Assembly (NCBI RefSeq): GCF_006345805.1
Contig: NC_043001.1
Span: 22,878,001-22,942,000 of the forward strand
From: Octopus sinensis
Taxonomy: Eukaryota
Direction: 5' to 3'
Length of the DNA stretch: 64,000 nt
Below are positions 62,835 to 64,000 of this stretch, piece after piece. Within the stretch, counting starts at the first letter, position 1. Each line of letters starts with the position of its first letter. A program made the translations under genes and the position numbers. The notes under the pieces were generated by a model. It had not been told where the DNA came from. It saw only the letters and a list, made by a program, of their open reading frames with translations, and did no database searches.

Positions 62835-62975
62835 TAAGGTTGTCCCAAAAGTTCATAGAAAGTCTTGGAAAATAATGGTCTTTATTTTGAGGAATAATTT
62901 TTGTTGTTTTTGTTAGTACTTGGCGAGTAAAAATTCAATTTTCGCAAGTGTTTACGAACTTTTGGGACAACCTAA
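62835..62975. mobile_element. 141-bp mariner-type MITE, TA TSD
   Basis: AGGTTGTCCCAAAAGTTC / GAACTTTTGGGACAACCT, a perfect 18-bp inverted repeat. Confidence 0.85.
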
Positions 62976-63869
62976 TAGTACTGGAACTTTCGTTAAGCCC
63001 AACTTCCATATTGATATTGCAATTATAGAATTTCACAGTTTGGAAAATATTTTTATTTTACAGTGATGTCTCAGACTCGACATGTAACGTGATGTCATCA
63101 ATATAGAATAAATGACTGATCTTGTCCCCCACCACACACACAGACACACAATCTACAGGTCGAGCCGGCGTTATACTTGATGTAGCAGTAATAACCGAAG
63201 CAGGTGCATTGGTTATATTGCATCACAAGGAAAATGTTCACAGCATGTATTAATTTAAAAATAACTTTGGTTTCCTCTGACCTTATCCTTATCAGTCACA
63301 GAAACAAAGTTATTTTAGTGTATCTAGTAAATTCGGATTTTATTATCTGCATACTGGATTACTTGTGTCATTTGTGCGTTGCATATCTAATAAACTACCT
63401 AATATTAGATTAGCTGACTAATACATTTGGAGATTGGCGTTTACTCAGCCAGGTTTTAACGCTGTGGTGCTCTGCAGTGAGTGAGAGCGTATTCAAGTAT
63501 TGGATTATGGTAAAGTTAATTGCAGAGTTAATGTTTCCAGTTGCTATTTCTAGATTCTGGAATAGATATTTCAAAATCTAATCCACTCTTAACGAATAGT
63601 GGTTGAAATCTTGTAATAACAGCAGTGACTCATAAAAGCCAAAATTTCAACGAAAACACTGGGCCCAGAGAGAATTGTTCCCTTGTTAGATGTTTGAAAC
63701 TAATTAATGAATAGAACCTATACTTCTTATTTTAGAAGTACGTGCCTTGTGTATGTATGTGGACATGGGTGTGCGTATGTGTGTGTGTGTGTCTCATGTA
63801 TTAAGGTTTCACGTGAAGCTACATATAAAAACAGTTTAACATGAAGTTGAAGATGTGAATAAATGGGTA

Positions 63870-64000
63870 TAGAGATTGTTGTTTGTTCCTTCTCAAGCCG
63901 TGCCTGGGTCATAGGGCAGGTTTCCTGGTTTCCTTGGCGTATAGGTTCCTCACCTGGACGGGACGCCGGTCTGTTGTAGGTGAGCTGCAAAATGCAGGAG
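63870..64000 (-). mobile_element. SINE family C, 3' end (cut by the window end)
   Basis: Reverse complement matches 20745-20870. Confidence 0.8.

Overview
AT-rich eukaryotic DNA dominated by repeats. The SINE families and microsatellite load look like an octopus (coleoid cephalopod) genome; this is recognition from memory, not a database result. I found no host protein-coding exon, rRNA, intact tRNA or CRISPR array that I can support, so the window is probably intergenic or deep intronic. Nearly all long ORFs in the supplied track are microsatellite read-throughs. The window contains dozens of tRNA-headed SINE copies (window-local families A-D), decayed LINEs (R4/Dong-like with restriction-like endonuclease, RTE, CR1/L2), and several Tc1/mariner elements and MITEs. 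It also has a Ty3/Gypsy gag remnant with a tRNA-Trp PBS, a 964-bp solo LTR with a 4-bp TSD, a Helitron-like element and very long microsatellites. The most interesting item is a short element at 38505-38796 (minus strand) that joins a Pol III tRNA-like head to an apparently complete minimal type I hammerhead ribozyme in a Penelope-like tail. Several degenerate hammerhead-like motifs occur elsewhere. Also notable are a SINE/LINE shared 3' stem-loop, co-oriented R4/Dong-like insertions in (TAA)n, a mariner built from two 3' ends, and a cluster of fold-back inversions at 59.5-62 kb. SINE and microsatellite boundaries were read by eye and are approximate (about +/-20 bp).
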